Below are positions 51,436-64,000 of a DNA stretch of 64,000 nt, piece by piece. This DNA comes from Podarcis gaigeae (Eukaryota), in the NCBI GenBank assembly GCA_964106915.2, contig OZ066919.1; one strand, 5' to 3'. Position numbers and translations under genes: made by a program. The stretch's first letter is position 1; each line of letters begins with the position of its first letter. Below the pieces are notes generated by a model. It was not told where the DNA came from and ran no database searches. It saw nothing but the letters and a program-made list of their open reading frames with translations.

Positions 51436-52187
51436 GCTTGCTCTTAATAGTCACAGCACCACATTAGCAACTCTAGATTATATTACTATAATTGGCTGCA
51501 CATGGCAGTGCCTTTGAAGCCCAGTCAAAACTGGTTCATAGTAAGGCACCCAGATGGTTAACAGGCTTATTATAATGAACATGTTTCACCTGTGCTGAAC
51601 ATTCTGTAGAGGCTTCCAGTTTGTTTCAGGTGCAAACTGAAGTGCTGATTTAAACCTAGAAATTCCTGAAATGGCTTGGGGCAAGGAAACCTGTCTACCT
51701 CAGAACCTCTTTTCTGGCTGTTCCTAGCATCTGAAGTAAGGTAGGTGGCAAAAAAATGTATTCATCTAGTCCTAAGGGAAATGAACAGCAGCAGCAGTAG
51801 CAGCTACCACCCTGTGAGCAATTACCACCCAACTCCCAATGGTGTCCTTTTTTCCTCCAACTCTTACCACAGAGGCTTCTGCAGGACCTTATTGTCCTGA
51901 GGGGAGCAAAGAAGAAGCAGTTTTGTCTTCTTCTAAACAAACAGTTATTGCAATTAAAACAAAAATGGTGCTTATGACTGTGAAAGTCTTATGAAAGCCA
52001 CTTCATGACGTCTGCTGGAAAACCAGTATATAAATAAACAAATATATTAAAATAAAAGGGTAGAGGCCTTCTCAGCAATAGCCTGTGTCATATATTCCTA
52101 AACAAGGTCAACCTGGCTGTTGGCATTCAGATACCAGGTCAATATGGCACAGCAGTTGAGGTAATTGCATTCTGGTTGTACCACTCA

Positions 52188-52238
52188 GTTTATTGTTTGT
52201 TTGTTTGTTTGTTTGTTTGTTTGTTTGTTTGTTTGTTT
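52188..52238. repeat. (TTTG)n microsatellite
   Basis: Seen directly in sequence. Confidence 0.97.
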
Positions 52239-55104
52239 TATTGTTGCTATTTGGATTGTGCTATTTGCTGCTTCCACAGACAGTTTTAATGGCTGCGAGT
52301 TGTATCTAAAATAGTGCTGTGCAACATGTCCTGTCAACACAAGGAAAGTGTTCTTGTGGGAGTGGAGATACCAGTACTTGCCCTGAGGAGACACAATAGC
52401 TAGATACCTCACATTGCTTCATACATCGATTGTAAGCGGTGTTGGATAGTGAGACAGTAAAACTGAATAAACAATTAACAAGAGAGCTGCCTGACTAGAC
52501 ATCTTTCTTGTGTATGTTCAGGAAGATATCTAAATCGGGAGAAGCAGGAAAAGACTCCTGGTGGAAATTCTGCATCGATAGTCCAGTTGTTATTCAGAAT
52601 AATGGACTTTGACATTGGTCGATTTTACATATTAGAAGTATTTTTAGATCTGTATCTTAGTGATAGCCTAGGGGACCTGTGAATTTCCAATATTGTTGGA
52701 CTCCAACTCCCAGCATACATAACATGGGCAATAGTCAAAATATGGAAGGCCACAGGTTCCTCCTGTTTCTGCTTTTTCGTTGCATCCTTACTTTTCTTTG
52801 AGGCGTACATGATGGCATGTATGGGATTCACAGGTCATCTCCTATCTAGTACTGGCAAGATCCATAACTGCTTAGCTTCAGGAAGGCTGTTGTGTCATAT
52901 GTTTGTGCAAAATTATTATTATGAGGAGGCCTTAGGCAAAATACTCTCTGGTGTGGGCTTCTTTAGGCTTACCTGGCAGCGGTGGCAATTGCAACACTCT
53001 GGTGGCAGAAAAGAGCCACCATTTAAATCTGGATGTGCTTAGATCAAGTGTAACTGTGCCATGCTAAATGCAACCAGGTGAGCCCAGACTGGCTCCCAGT
53101 GGGGATCAGTGGGGCCATTGGGGAGACCAATTGACTCCTCCTCCTTATCTTACATGGACATAAGCAAGGAGGGCAGAAAGACAAATTAGGATGCTCCTCT
53201 GCAATACACCCACCCATTGATGTCAGACACATAGGACCACCTGCTGCAGGATATAGAAACATGCTGGGATTTACTGCAAAAATAGGATGCTACAGTATTC
53301 AGGTCAGATTAAAGCTGGCTTGGAGGAAAGTATAACAAATGGTAGTGTTTCATAGGAAACTACAGGATAGATCTAAATAATCACTGATGTGTACATTGAT
53401 TAAAAAATCAGTGATGGGGCACACTGGAACCAGAATAATGTGTATATGCCCTATGCCTGGCTTCATATGTGGTTGCCCAGAGGCGTGGAAAGTCAAGCAA
53501 AAGGGAGATCTAGAATGTAATAATCTTTGGCCCCAAGTGAGAGCTAGAATAATTCTCCTTGCTTTTATACTTCCCTGTGGGAAGGTGAAGCTCTTGTTCT
53601 CAGAACTGGCTACAGAAATAGAGGGAACAGCATCAGGAGCATACTTTGAGTACTCAATTAACATCTGTGCCCCTGCATCCGACAATTAGTCATTGAACTG
53701 AAGCCAAGACAAAAGACAACCCTAGTTAGCGTCCATTTTACAAAGTGAAATCTAATTACTCAAATGTATGGAAGTCAATAAAGAATACAACACGTCAGAA
53801 AATGTGTAATGAAATATGACCTCCTTGTGCACATTATCCCGATTGTATTCTGTCCCATTGACATGTCAGTGGAAATGCTAATGAAGAACTATAACAAACT
53901 TGATAACTGTCATTTTATTTCAAAGGTTCTTTTTGCAAAAGCATGTGGTCTCCCTATACCATTCCTTTTCAGATGTCTTCATTCAGGGAACGGCCCTAAA
54001 ACCTTATCCCAGGGGTGGCACAGGAAACCTAGTCAATTTGGAAAGAGTGAGTGCTTTCCAAATACTCTAGGTCCAAACACCAACCCCCGAACATCATGGA
54101 TACATACTGTATCTCAGGTGCCATCAAGCTAGGAGCCAGATATGGGGTTAATCTGGGAAAACCAGTGTAATTTAGAGAATATTAGGGGATTGATTCATTC
54201 CTAACTTTAGTGGTCCTCTGTTTGGTAATTTTGAAGTGCTGTTTGGGAATGACATGTTTTCAAGGAAAATAACTTTGGGCTTGATCCAGGGTTTGCAGGC
54301 TGTGCCCTAAGAAGGTGTGACATGGGATCATTACATTCAAAATTATTTCTGTAAGCAATAATCATGATAGTTTCCAGGCATTATAGTGACTGCAGTGACC
54401 AGCATTAGTTGTTTCTTTGAAGGCTTCCAAGTGGTGCAAGCCAATTATGTTCAAAATTATTTCTGTCATTCAAACAAATTAAATGCTTCTGGGTATTTAT
54501 TATACTGATTGCAGGAACTGGCATAATTTGTTGCTTTGAGGAGCACATGAAATGTTTTGAGCCTTTGGCTTGAGGCATTCTTGATTTCTATTTCTTACTT
54601 TTATGGTAAATTTGTGCCCAAATATAGAAAACACTTTTTTGTCTTTCGTAGGCTGAGGACAACCTCAGTAGAATTGACTCAGTTGCAGATTCAAACAGGC
54701 ATTTTATAAGTACATAACAAAAAAAAAAAATTGTTATAATTTTTTAGTGATTAATTATATGGAAATGATTCACCTAGTCATGGAAAATGTTAGCAGTTGT
54801 CAGGTTTGTGTAAACAAGTAAATATGTACCTTGCTGAAAATACGTCTCAGGAAAATATGCCAATTACATCATACATATATTTTCATTTATTTTATGGTAT
54901 AAACAAGCTCATGTTATTGCCTGACTACCAATATTTTCATTAACAAAAGACAAAGGTGATTAGGATTGTCGTCCTATGCAGACTTACCTGTGTGTAAGTC
55001 CTGTTGAACCCAATAGGTCTAGATATATTGCAACATAGGAGACTATACTCAGAGCTTTCTAAACTGATATTAGGAGTAGACAGGGGTATTAGATTGTTTA
55101 AATC

Positions 55105-55240
55105 AGGGTAACTTGATCAAAATGCTGGCCAGCTGGCCAAATACATTTTTATAGATTTCAAAAATGTAAATAAGGGTAGCTTGATCAAAATGCTGGCCTG
55201 TCTTTCAAAATACATCGTTATGGGTTTTTAAAATGTAAGC
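55105..55240. repeat. Diverged tandem duplication, period about 68 bp
   Basis: agggta(a/g)cttgatcaaaatgctggcc...aaatacat...aaaatgtaa occurs twice. Confidence 0.85.
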
Positions 55241-57108
55241 ATATGTTTTGATTAGGTGCCCATTCATATTGATTTTTATAAAGGAAACCACCTACCTACA
55301 TTCTAATACTGACCTCCAAAAATGACACTTAATATCTGGTAGAAATTATTCTAGTGTGAGAGTTTGGAGGGCGCAGAATATAAATATTTAAAAGAAGGCA
55401 TATAACAGTGAAAATATACTCTCAAAAGGAGGATACATAGCACAGTGTTATTCTGTAGGGTCAAGAAGATAAAAGATTGCATATATCCATCCTGCGCGGG
55501 GAAGTTTGTACTGTTTCTGAAAGTAAGGAACATGACAAGCAAACAAACCCAACAACTTTGAAACTCCCTGAAGTATACTAAACTATCAAAACAATAAGGA
55601 GGAATAGGTGGACGTTGTAAAATGACACAGAAGGAAATTTGATTTCATTTGGGTTATTGCCTATTGCATGGCATGGGCTGGGTTGAGATGCACTCAAGGG
55701 AAATCCCAATGAGATGTCGCGTTAAGACCTCTCCAATCAGCTGCTAAATATTATCAGTGCGACTCAGAGATCCAGCTGACAGAGCATTTATTCTGCCAGT
55801 TAAATACTTGATGCTTGAAGAAAGGAGTTGGAAAATTACATTTTGGGTGTCGGTTATATCTCAAGGGAAGGAGCTGTGCTATGAAATGAAAACTCTGTGT
55901 TATTAAATAGGAAATTGGCCCTTTGCACTCTGAAATTTTAGGATGTTTATCAAGAGAATCCAGAAGAAGGCTGTGCATGAGGAAGACACACTGAGAGCGA
56001 CGGGTACTTTGCACACTCCATTGGTCCACGGAGACTGAGACAAAATTTGTTAAGCCTAGAGAATGATGGAAAGCTCATTTTGTTGGGCTGTATGTCTCCT
56101 AAGCACATCCATTTTTCAAAGTGAAAAATGTTGCCTAACCATAACAGGCTTTTAAATTAGTCTGGAGACAAACCTCCTCCTCCTTTTTTTTTTTAACACA
56201 TGGAACAGTTCTTCTGAAAAATAGAAATCTAGTTCCTCAGCTCATGTAAACGTACAAGGTTCCAGTGAAGTGAAACAGGGATTTAGCCGAGCATCTAGGT
56301 CTGTATATATATTTGGAAGCAAGTCCCCCGAAAATTCAATTTGCAAGTGTGCATAAGCAAGAATGCATTGTTTGTACTCCATAAAAAATGGGGTATTTAT
56401 TAGTATTGTTGTTATTATGTTTTATTACCCACCCTTCACCAGCAGGTCCCAGCAGCAATTACGATTAAGAACTAAAGCGGATTACAATCACAGGAATAGG
56501 GTGTACCTGAATTTTATACTATTTTAGGTCACTTTGTTGCTACAGCACCTGATTCTTTATTTCAGAATGATTGTTATTTTGCAAGTGTGTCTATTTAGAG
56601 GCAGATAAGAAGAGAAGCGTGGTGGCTATCCAGAATTGCAACAAGGATTTCCCATTGAGTTTTCTGGAAGCCATATTGTTCCACTCTACTTCCTGGTATT
56701 AGTTACAGTGCCCACACATTCACTTTATTGCTATCACCTTTGTACTTTGAATGGATTATCATTTTAAAAACAGATATGTTGTTTTGTAGAAAGCTGAAGA
56801 GCAAACAGTCTGTAGCCTTTGTATTCAAATTTCATTATTCTGCAGCATGCAGTCTGCAAATAGGCTTTAAAGTCAAGTTTGTTTAAAAAAACCCAACAAA
56901 GATGCCAGCTGCAGCTTATCCAGAGGGACATTTTTGCTTGGTGTTTATAGAGATATATATTATTTTCTGCATCCCTTTTTAAAGTACAACTACCATTGAA
57001 GGAAATCTTCAATGTGTCTCCTTTCCCTTTTGAAGCCCCCTTCATAATAAACAGAGTGAAGACTGGAATGAGAGTTTATAGCCGCTTTCAACCCTATAAT
57101 TCTATGTA

Positions 57109-57352
57109 CAGTGGTACCTCGGGATGCAAACAGGATCCGTTCCAGAGTCCCGTTCGCATCCTGAAGTGAATGTAACCCATGTCCACGTGTCACGTTTCAG
57201 CACTTCTGCGCATGCGCGTTATGTCATTTTGACAGCCTGCACATGCGCGTGCAGCGAAACCCAGAAGTAACGCGCTCCGTTACTTCCGTGTCGCCGTGGA
57301 GCGCGACCCAAATTTGCCTAACCCGAAGCGCATTCATCCCAAGGTATGACTG
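57109..57352. mobile_element. Tc1/mariner (Tigger-like) MITE
   Basis: TA|CAGTGGTACCTCGGGATG ... CATCCCAAGGTATGACTG|TA; CpG-rich interior. Confidence 0.88.
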
Positions 57353-57964
57353 TACACTTATCTGCAAGTAAACCCCACCCCGTCACTATTATTGCATTTG
57401 TATGCCACACTTCTTGCAGGTAGTATTCACAACAGGTTAACTGTGAGCTTAGAATGTGCTACAGTTGGGCACGCCAGCTCCGAGAGGCAGAGATGTCTTC
57501 GGTCCCCTCAATATCAGCTGTTGAGGGGGCAGAGGAGGCTGAGCGTGGGACCAAGTATGGTGCAGTTCAGCGGCTGGCTCCTCCTGAGCACAAGAGAGGA
57601 AACCATGCCATGCTGGGCTCTACGCTCAGCTTCCTCCCAACGATGTGATGTTGGTGTGTGTTGCGCGTCATGCACATGACTGCACACATGCATGCCTCAC
57701 GCCAGGCCCCCTCAATCTTAGGCGCAAGATGGCACCTCTGGTTACAGTGACTGGCTCAAAGTTGCTTAGTGAGCTTTATTACTCAGCAGGTATTTGAACC
57801 CAGCCTACGCCGGGCACTACATTCATTAAACCATACTCACACACTTTCCAACCTACACGGTCATGGAAGTCACATGCTATATATGTGTTTTCATCTAAAT
57901 ATTTTCAAACCCGGCAGAGGTGTTTGTGATTATTAATTGCATAGAAATAATTTCAGGCAAAGTC

Positions 57965-58285
57965 TGATGGTCACCATCAGAGATCATTCTGCAGGTACCA
58001 CCTCCAATGAGGTGTTAAGATGGCTACACAAGAAATGGTCTTTCCTGTGATGGCTCCCACCTCTGAAATACTCCCCTTGCAAAGGCATTCCTTTAACATC
58101 TTTTTGTCACCAGACCAAGACTTTTTTCTACACCCATGTATGTTAGTCTTGATTTCACTCCCCTGTGGTGGCTGGTTTTTATTCAGTCTGCTGTTTTATG
58201 GCGATCAGTTTGGCTATTTGGAGTTTTAATGTGTGGTCACTTTTAGATGACTATAGACCTTTGGGTACAAAGTGACAAATAATTC
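57965..58285 (+). mobile_element. Old L2 3' remnant
   Basis: ggtctttcctgtgatggctcccacctctgaaatactcc is a degenerate AFSVVAPTLWN.LP region. Confidence 0.55.
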
Positions 58286-59751
58286 AAAGAATGAGAATGA
58301 TGGTGGTGGTAGCGGTGGCTGGGTAGGGAGAAAGCGCTGGTATTTATGCTGGATCATGCAGCTGAAGCATGACTTATGCAGTTATGACTGTGAAAGGTAA
58401 TAGTAACGAGCAGGGGGTGCAGGTATCAGCAGATTGCATTAATGCAGCAACAGGTTTGAGTAACACATTCAAGGTCAAGAAGGTTTGTATCTTGGAAGCA
58501 AGAGAATAGGAAAGCCTTAAAATGCTTACAAGCCCAGCTATAAGTGTCACAACTGATGCTTGTTATGAAAATTAATCTGTCTAACTGTGGTCTAGGGAAA
58601 GTGCCTTGAGCAACATAAACTATTCCTTTGAACAGCATATCCATGATACACCAGACAACCTGAGACCTGAGCTTGAACCTTGAAACCAGCTTGTCTCGAT
58701 AAATGTTTCAGCTCAGCTCTGCTACTGCGCTAGAAGTGGGTGTGACAGCTTCCATTTATCTCTGTTTCTGCAGAGGGAAAGTATTATTCTGAAATATTCA
58801 AAAACAGAGAACTAGAGCAGGCAAGATGAATGCTGATGGATGGAAACTTTGTTGTTGTATATGAATGTTTATTTCCTCCTGATTGTGTAGGCTGGTATGG
58901 CTTGTTCTGAAGTGTGTGTGTATGCATGAGCATTGGAAATAAGGCAATATAAACAGCAGTTGTCATTCATATTCACAGATGCTCTGTGAGTGGACCTTTG
59001 GCCTGGCATCTAGAGGGAATTTGACAGACACAATCTGCTTCAATCCTAGCATCGTTCAGAAAAATTGCTATAAGACTAATTAATTGACAGCCTTAATAAG
59101 TTGATTAAGAATGTCCTGGAGGACTCCTGGTTTTATTAGTCTCCTGTTTTATAGTTAAAACCTTCCCTGTTGCCATATCATAATAACTTCCTAAACATCT
59201 CATGCAGTCAACCATGAGAAATTGTTGACCAAGTGTTTATATGAATTAGTGCTATTCCCATATACAGAGAAGTTGTATTGTCCCAACACAGGGAGTGTTT
59301 GTAATTCCAGCACATGCTAGCTGGGAGCTGTAATCCAAAATATCTAGGGATACCAGGCTGGTGAAGACTAGTGCAAACCATATATTTTCCTGCAATTTTG
59401 GTTGTGTCCTTTTAATGAAATTTGGTAACGGTAAAAGTAACCTACTAGAAAAGACTATGGCATTAAAAAAAAATACACTTTGGGGCAATAGGAGACCTGC
59501 TCAGTGTATGGGAATAACACTAATTCATATGATTTTTCTTGCTGGCACATGCTACCTGGGGCTGGTGGTATTTGTAGTTCAATACATCTGGGGAGCCATT
59601 TTATTTGTTGGAGCAATAATGTACAAAGTGCAGGTTTCCAGACAGCCTGTAAGTAAACAGCAACTTTTTTGGAAATGTATTGCTATAACAATCAAGGAAA
59701 GGCCCTTGAAGCCAAACCTGGTAATTAGAAGCATAATTGTCTATGAAAATA

Positions 59752-59982
59752 CAGTGGTACCTTTGGTTAAGAACTTAATTGGTTCCAGAGGTCCGTTCTT
59801 AACCTAAAACTGTTCTTAACCTGAGGTACCACTTTAGCTAATGGGGCTTCCTGCTGCTGCCATGTGATTTCTGTTCTTATCCTGAAGCAAAGTTCTTAAC
59901 TCGAGGTACTATTTCTGGGTTAGCGGAGTCTGTAACCTGAAGCCTCTGTAAACTGAAGCGTATGTAATCCGAGTTGCCACTG
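59752..59982. mobile_element. Tc1/mariner (Tigger-like) MITE
   Basis: TA|CAGTGGTACCT ... GAGTTGCCACTG|TA; internal TIR-like copy gaggtaccact near 59823. Confidence 0.88.
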
Positions 59983-60965
59983 TAGTGCTTCTGCTCTTGA
60001 CCATCATGGATATCGGTCAATGAAAGAAGTATCCTCCACAGAGTATAGCCATGGCTGTTGCCACCTTTTTTATAATTTATCAGACTATAGGAAGATTGGC
60101 TAGTTTTTCTACAGTTCAGTGGCCAGGGCCATTTCTGCACAAATCCCTTGTGGCTCCTGGATTTCCCCAAATCTGTCCCTATGGTCAGCTGTTCCAGGAG
60201 TTTCAAATGGAGATGAATGCTCCTAAAACTCCAGAGTAAAGTTCTGAATGTTCGTAATTTTTTCTACTGCTAGAATTCGTTTTCATTCCATGGCTGAATC
60301 CTCACTCTTAAAGCATTTTACAAGTGGGGCTGCGTATAAAGACTACTTCAAAGGCAACATTTATTTATCACTAATCTCCCTTAACATGCTTCAGCTGCTG
60401 GAAACCAGCATTTCTGAGGGGTCTGTTGGAATACTTCCTTTCCCTTGAATGCTATAAATCATTCCCTTCGAGTGATGTTTAACTAATACTCTTTATTAGC
60501 GATAAATGAGTAGATAGCCAAAACCTGATTACAGCAGAAATGCTCCCTCTCCCTCTCCCCCCTCCTTTTGACAGTTCTCATTTCAAAGCAGAGAACCCGA
60601 GGCTATGTTTATTTACTACTTTGAGCACAAATCTATTCCCAGCAGATGACAATGGAGGCTAACATCCTGCCTTAATGAAAATTTGCATGGCATAGTTTCT
60701 TTTCACTTTACCTTATTAATCACCCTCCTGGATGTTCAGTTTGTTGCTGTTTTCCAATGCACACATCATTACTAATCAAACAGGTTATGCCTCTCAAGTA
60801 TACTCAGGGCTATGTCTCCAAACAAGTGAGCCTGTGCTGAATGTGTAAAAAGGGCATGCACCCAGCTATAAAATCCAAGTGGTTAGAGTCACATTGGCAG
60901 CATAAAGCAAACACAAACCTACCCTGCTTTTAAAAACTGACACAAAGGCAAAATGATCATTTGTC

Positions 60966-61030
60966 TGGAAGCCACTCTGAGTGTCTGGGGGGAACCCAGT
61001 CAGATGGGCGGTGTACAGTTGTTGTTGTTG
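60966..61030 (+). mobile_element. Isolated L2 3' stem-loop tail
   Basis: tggaagccactctgagtgtctgggg-gaa-cccagtcagatgggcggtgta plus (GTT)n; it begins like the end of the L2 at 12114-12125. Confidence 0.65.
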
Positions 61031-62247
61031 TCTGTGTTACACATTATGCAGCAACAAACACAGCAAACGCAGATTTGCCATGGTGGCAAATGCCACCTTT
61101 TAACTGATTGCCAGATCTCACCGTGTGAGCTGCAGGTTGCTATAGACCTACAGGAAGTCCAATGAGATGTGTTATTATGAGGTTAACTGTGTTCTCTCCC
61201 TTCCTTGGATGCTGTTTGGGAGAGCACGCATTCTTGCTCAGATCACAACATAAAAAGTCGAAAGTGCAGTATTTTCCTTAAAATCACACTTCTCCATTGA
61301 TTTCGAGATACCTCCGTTATTCTGTGTGTCTCTTAACCCACAATTATGGAATATTAACTTCAACATATCAACTCCTATTCCTCCTTTCATGCCATGCACT
61401 GTAACATTTGCACTGCTGCAACAGAGCAATATGCCTCATCATGGAAAATATTAGTAGCTATTGGTCATGACAGGGAAATAGGATCCCCCCCATCAGAGGT
61501 AGTAGGCCTTTGTTTTCAAGAAGCTGGTGACAAACAAGGAACATAGGAACATATGCCTGAACATATCCTTTCAACTTGACAGTTCAGGGAAGTTACATAG
61601 CTTTAAAAATCATATAAAATCAACTCCTTTGCCAGTTTCCTCCATTCCAACACTATTTCGCCCTTGAAAAAGGGACTCCAGGAAGTGCCCAGAGGTGACA
61701 ATTGCTGAGCTGATTGTTGGCCAAGGAAAGCCTAATCCCACCACCAGACTTGCCTAGGGGTCCAGACATGCAAAGGTAGTTCTATTGTACTTTGGGTGGT
61801 GGGACTTCAGAGGTGTTTGCCTATGCTAATCTTATACCTGGGTCCTGCCCTGACATGTATGCTTATGCTAATCTGGTACCAAGGACTTGACTGGACATGT
61901 TTGCCAAGGTTGAACTAGTGTAACCCCTGTCTACTCCTCCCCTTTGGTGACATGTCAGTGATGTAAAGATGATGTATCAATGGTGCTGTACGAACTATAT
62001 TCTGGGATATTGTGGGAAGTTTTAAAAGTCAATGTCGCCTCATGCTCTGGGTTCTTACTGCTGTTGGAACCTGCTGCAGAACAATAAAAGATCTAAGTCT
62101 ACTGACTGCTATTTTGCTCCAAATTGCCTGGCTGGAATTTCCTTCTTTTACTGACTGCATGGACCCATGGGGGACTTGTACCCTGACGAGCTGTGCTGTT
62201 GAGTAGTCTCTCAACCCAGAATTTTTTTTAACAGAGACAAGGGTCTC

Positions 62248-62420
62248 TTCTGGAGATGCTGGGGGTTCAACTTGGAATCTTTTGCATGCAAAACTGATGC
62301 TCGACTTTGAGCTACAATATTGCCTTTATGCCTTGCCTGGAGTTTCCAAAGGTATCTTGCCGTTTACTGTTGGAAACAGGATGCTAATTTGGTTGGCCTT
62401 GGCTTGATCCAATGAAACAT
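62248..62420. mobile_element. Squam3-like SINE head (minus) next to a CR1-like 3' tail remnant (plus)
   Basis: ctggagatgctgggggttcaacttggaatcttttgcatgcaa..gagctac, followed by actgttggaaacaggatgct..ggccttggcttgatcca. Confidence 0.55.
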
Positions 62421-64000
62421 CTATTCTCCTGCCTTCCTCTGAGTTCCAATTTGCTGTCATTGCAGGTCCTAATAGCACACGTCATTCGGATATTTAATAG
62501 GCTAAACAAAAATATACTTGGCTCACTAATGTAGAACATCAGTGGGCTTCGTAACGGTTTGGGGCTTCTCAATTGTCTTTGCTTGAGATGAGAAACTGGA
62601 GACATTTTATATTTTTGTGGGTCTATCTGAAAATTTCCCTGAACACTGTTTGGTGGCTTCTGCTACTGCTTTTACATCTTTGTTGTCTGTATTTGCTTGT
62701 AAATCTTTCCATTTTGCAGGCTAGAGATAATTTAAGCCTGAAAAAGAATATCTGAAAATATATTACTTTTAAATGGTAAGATTCATCACATCTAAGCCTC
62801 GATGCCCGATCATCAAAAAGACCTGCTTTTATTTCTGAAAAGATCCATTCTGTCAGAGTAAACAGAATGCATTATTCCCCTTTAATAACCATTTTTAAGC
62901 ATGCTTCTGTATTACTTTTCTTCCACAGCTGTATTGCAATAAGCCTTAGAGTAATTGCCAGTTCTCTTCTCTAATAGGTTCATTATTCTTTTGCCATAAT
63001 TGCAGCCATTAAACGACCAATTGTTAAATTTCCACTCCTACATTTACTTAGCACTCCATTTTATAATAGGGTATATCATTACGGTACCCCAGTGGCCACA
63101 GCAATTGTTCAAAGCGTTTCTGAAAAGTCAATGAGATCCTTTTGAAATACGTCAGAATTTCTGATTTCCAAGTAATCCGTCTCTACTCTTCCCTCTCCCC
63201 TTCTCTGTATAGTTGTCTTTTTTTAGCCTTTCCTAAGATAGCAACTGTATTTAGGCAGTTTTTCTGAAAGCAAAGGAAGCTGACCTATTCAGGAAGATAT
63301 AATGGTGTGATTCCCATATATCTCAAGCACTAGTTCCTTACCTTTAGGTAATGATTCATACATAACAAGGTGATGGAGCAAAGATTTAACCAAAGAAATT
63401 AACACTTATGGCTTAATGGCTTTTTGAGGGCTTTGATTTATCTTTTCCCATGTTAAATTTGCTGGGCTTTCATCTGCACAGTAAGAGTGATCTAGCTACT
63501 GGCATTAGCTACAGTCATGGTAACAAAATGATCCATTTTATGACTCTTGCAATGTTGTTCAAAATTCTGAGACAAGCCAAATTGCTTATGTCAGGACTGG
63601 TGCACGTTTGTTGCTTTAGAGTAGTAGATTTTCGAGCATATCAGTAACAGAAATAGTTTAAGGAAGGCATAAAGACACTTTAGATGAACATTTTATTTAG
63701 AGCTATTAGCATAGCATTTCTTTGTTTTGAGTAACAGGGAGTGTTTCTCTGTTAGCAACTTCAGCTGTATATAATATATTAGCATTGTACTTTTGGGGGA
63801 CGAGGCACAGTATCTTATCTGTACACTTGGTGGCTTGGTGGCACATTTCTTGACCTAGCGTGTTTACTGTGACTGGGATTTGAGTAGTATTTTGGTCAAA
63901 ACTTCTGTTATCATTTACATGTATTATATCTGTTGGACTACACCCTCTGTGTAAGCTTTTAAATGGGTTTGATATGATGTGCTATGTTATATTTAAATTC

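Noticed and set aside
53040-53260. LF-SINE-like similarity
   Set aside because: Only about 40 nt of weak resemblance; needs an HMM search.
1-64000. CRISPR arrays, operons or other prokaryotic systems; remaining short ORFs
   Set aside because: The sequence is vertebrate intron and intergenic DNA. There is no repeat-spacer array, and the other ORFs are short and low-complexity or lack recognisable motifs.

Overview
Vertebrate (squamate) genomic DNA, probably from a lacertid-type lizard; the taxon is inferred from the Sauria SINE, BovB and squamate MITE content. The only host gene I can support is the 3' end of ST6GALNAC3 on the + strand: two coding exons (33586-33693 and 36807-36993) and a probable ~3.5-kb 3'UTR. 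Positions 1-33585 are therefore intron and the region after ~40.5 kb is intergenic. The other recognisable features are mobile DNA: a near-complete L2 ORF2, CR1 and BovB fragments, Sauria and tRNA-derived SINEs, an ancient AmnSINE1, hAT and Tc1/mariner MITEs, and a probable solo LTR. The most notable content is two Penelope-like element (PLE) families carrying four minimal hammerhead ribozymes. One is a Poseidon-type cluster inserted in (TA)n tracts that forms an 809-bp inverted repeat. The other is two identical Neptune-type hammerheads 1536 nt apart in the sense strand of the host intron, an arrangement that could pair as a dimer and excise an intronic RNA. Family names come from motif recognition by eye, not database searches.
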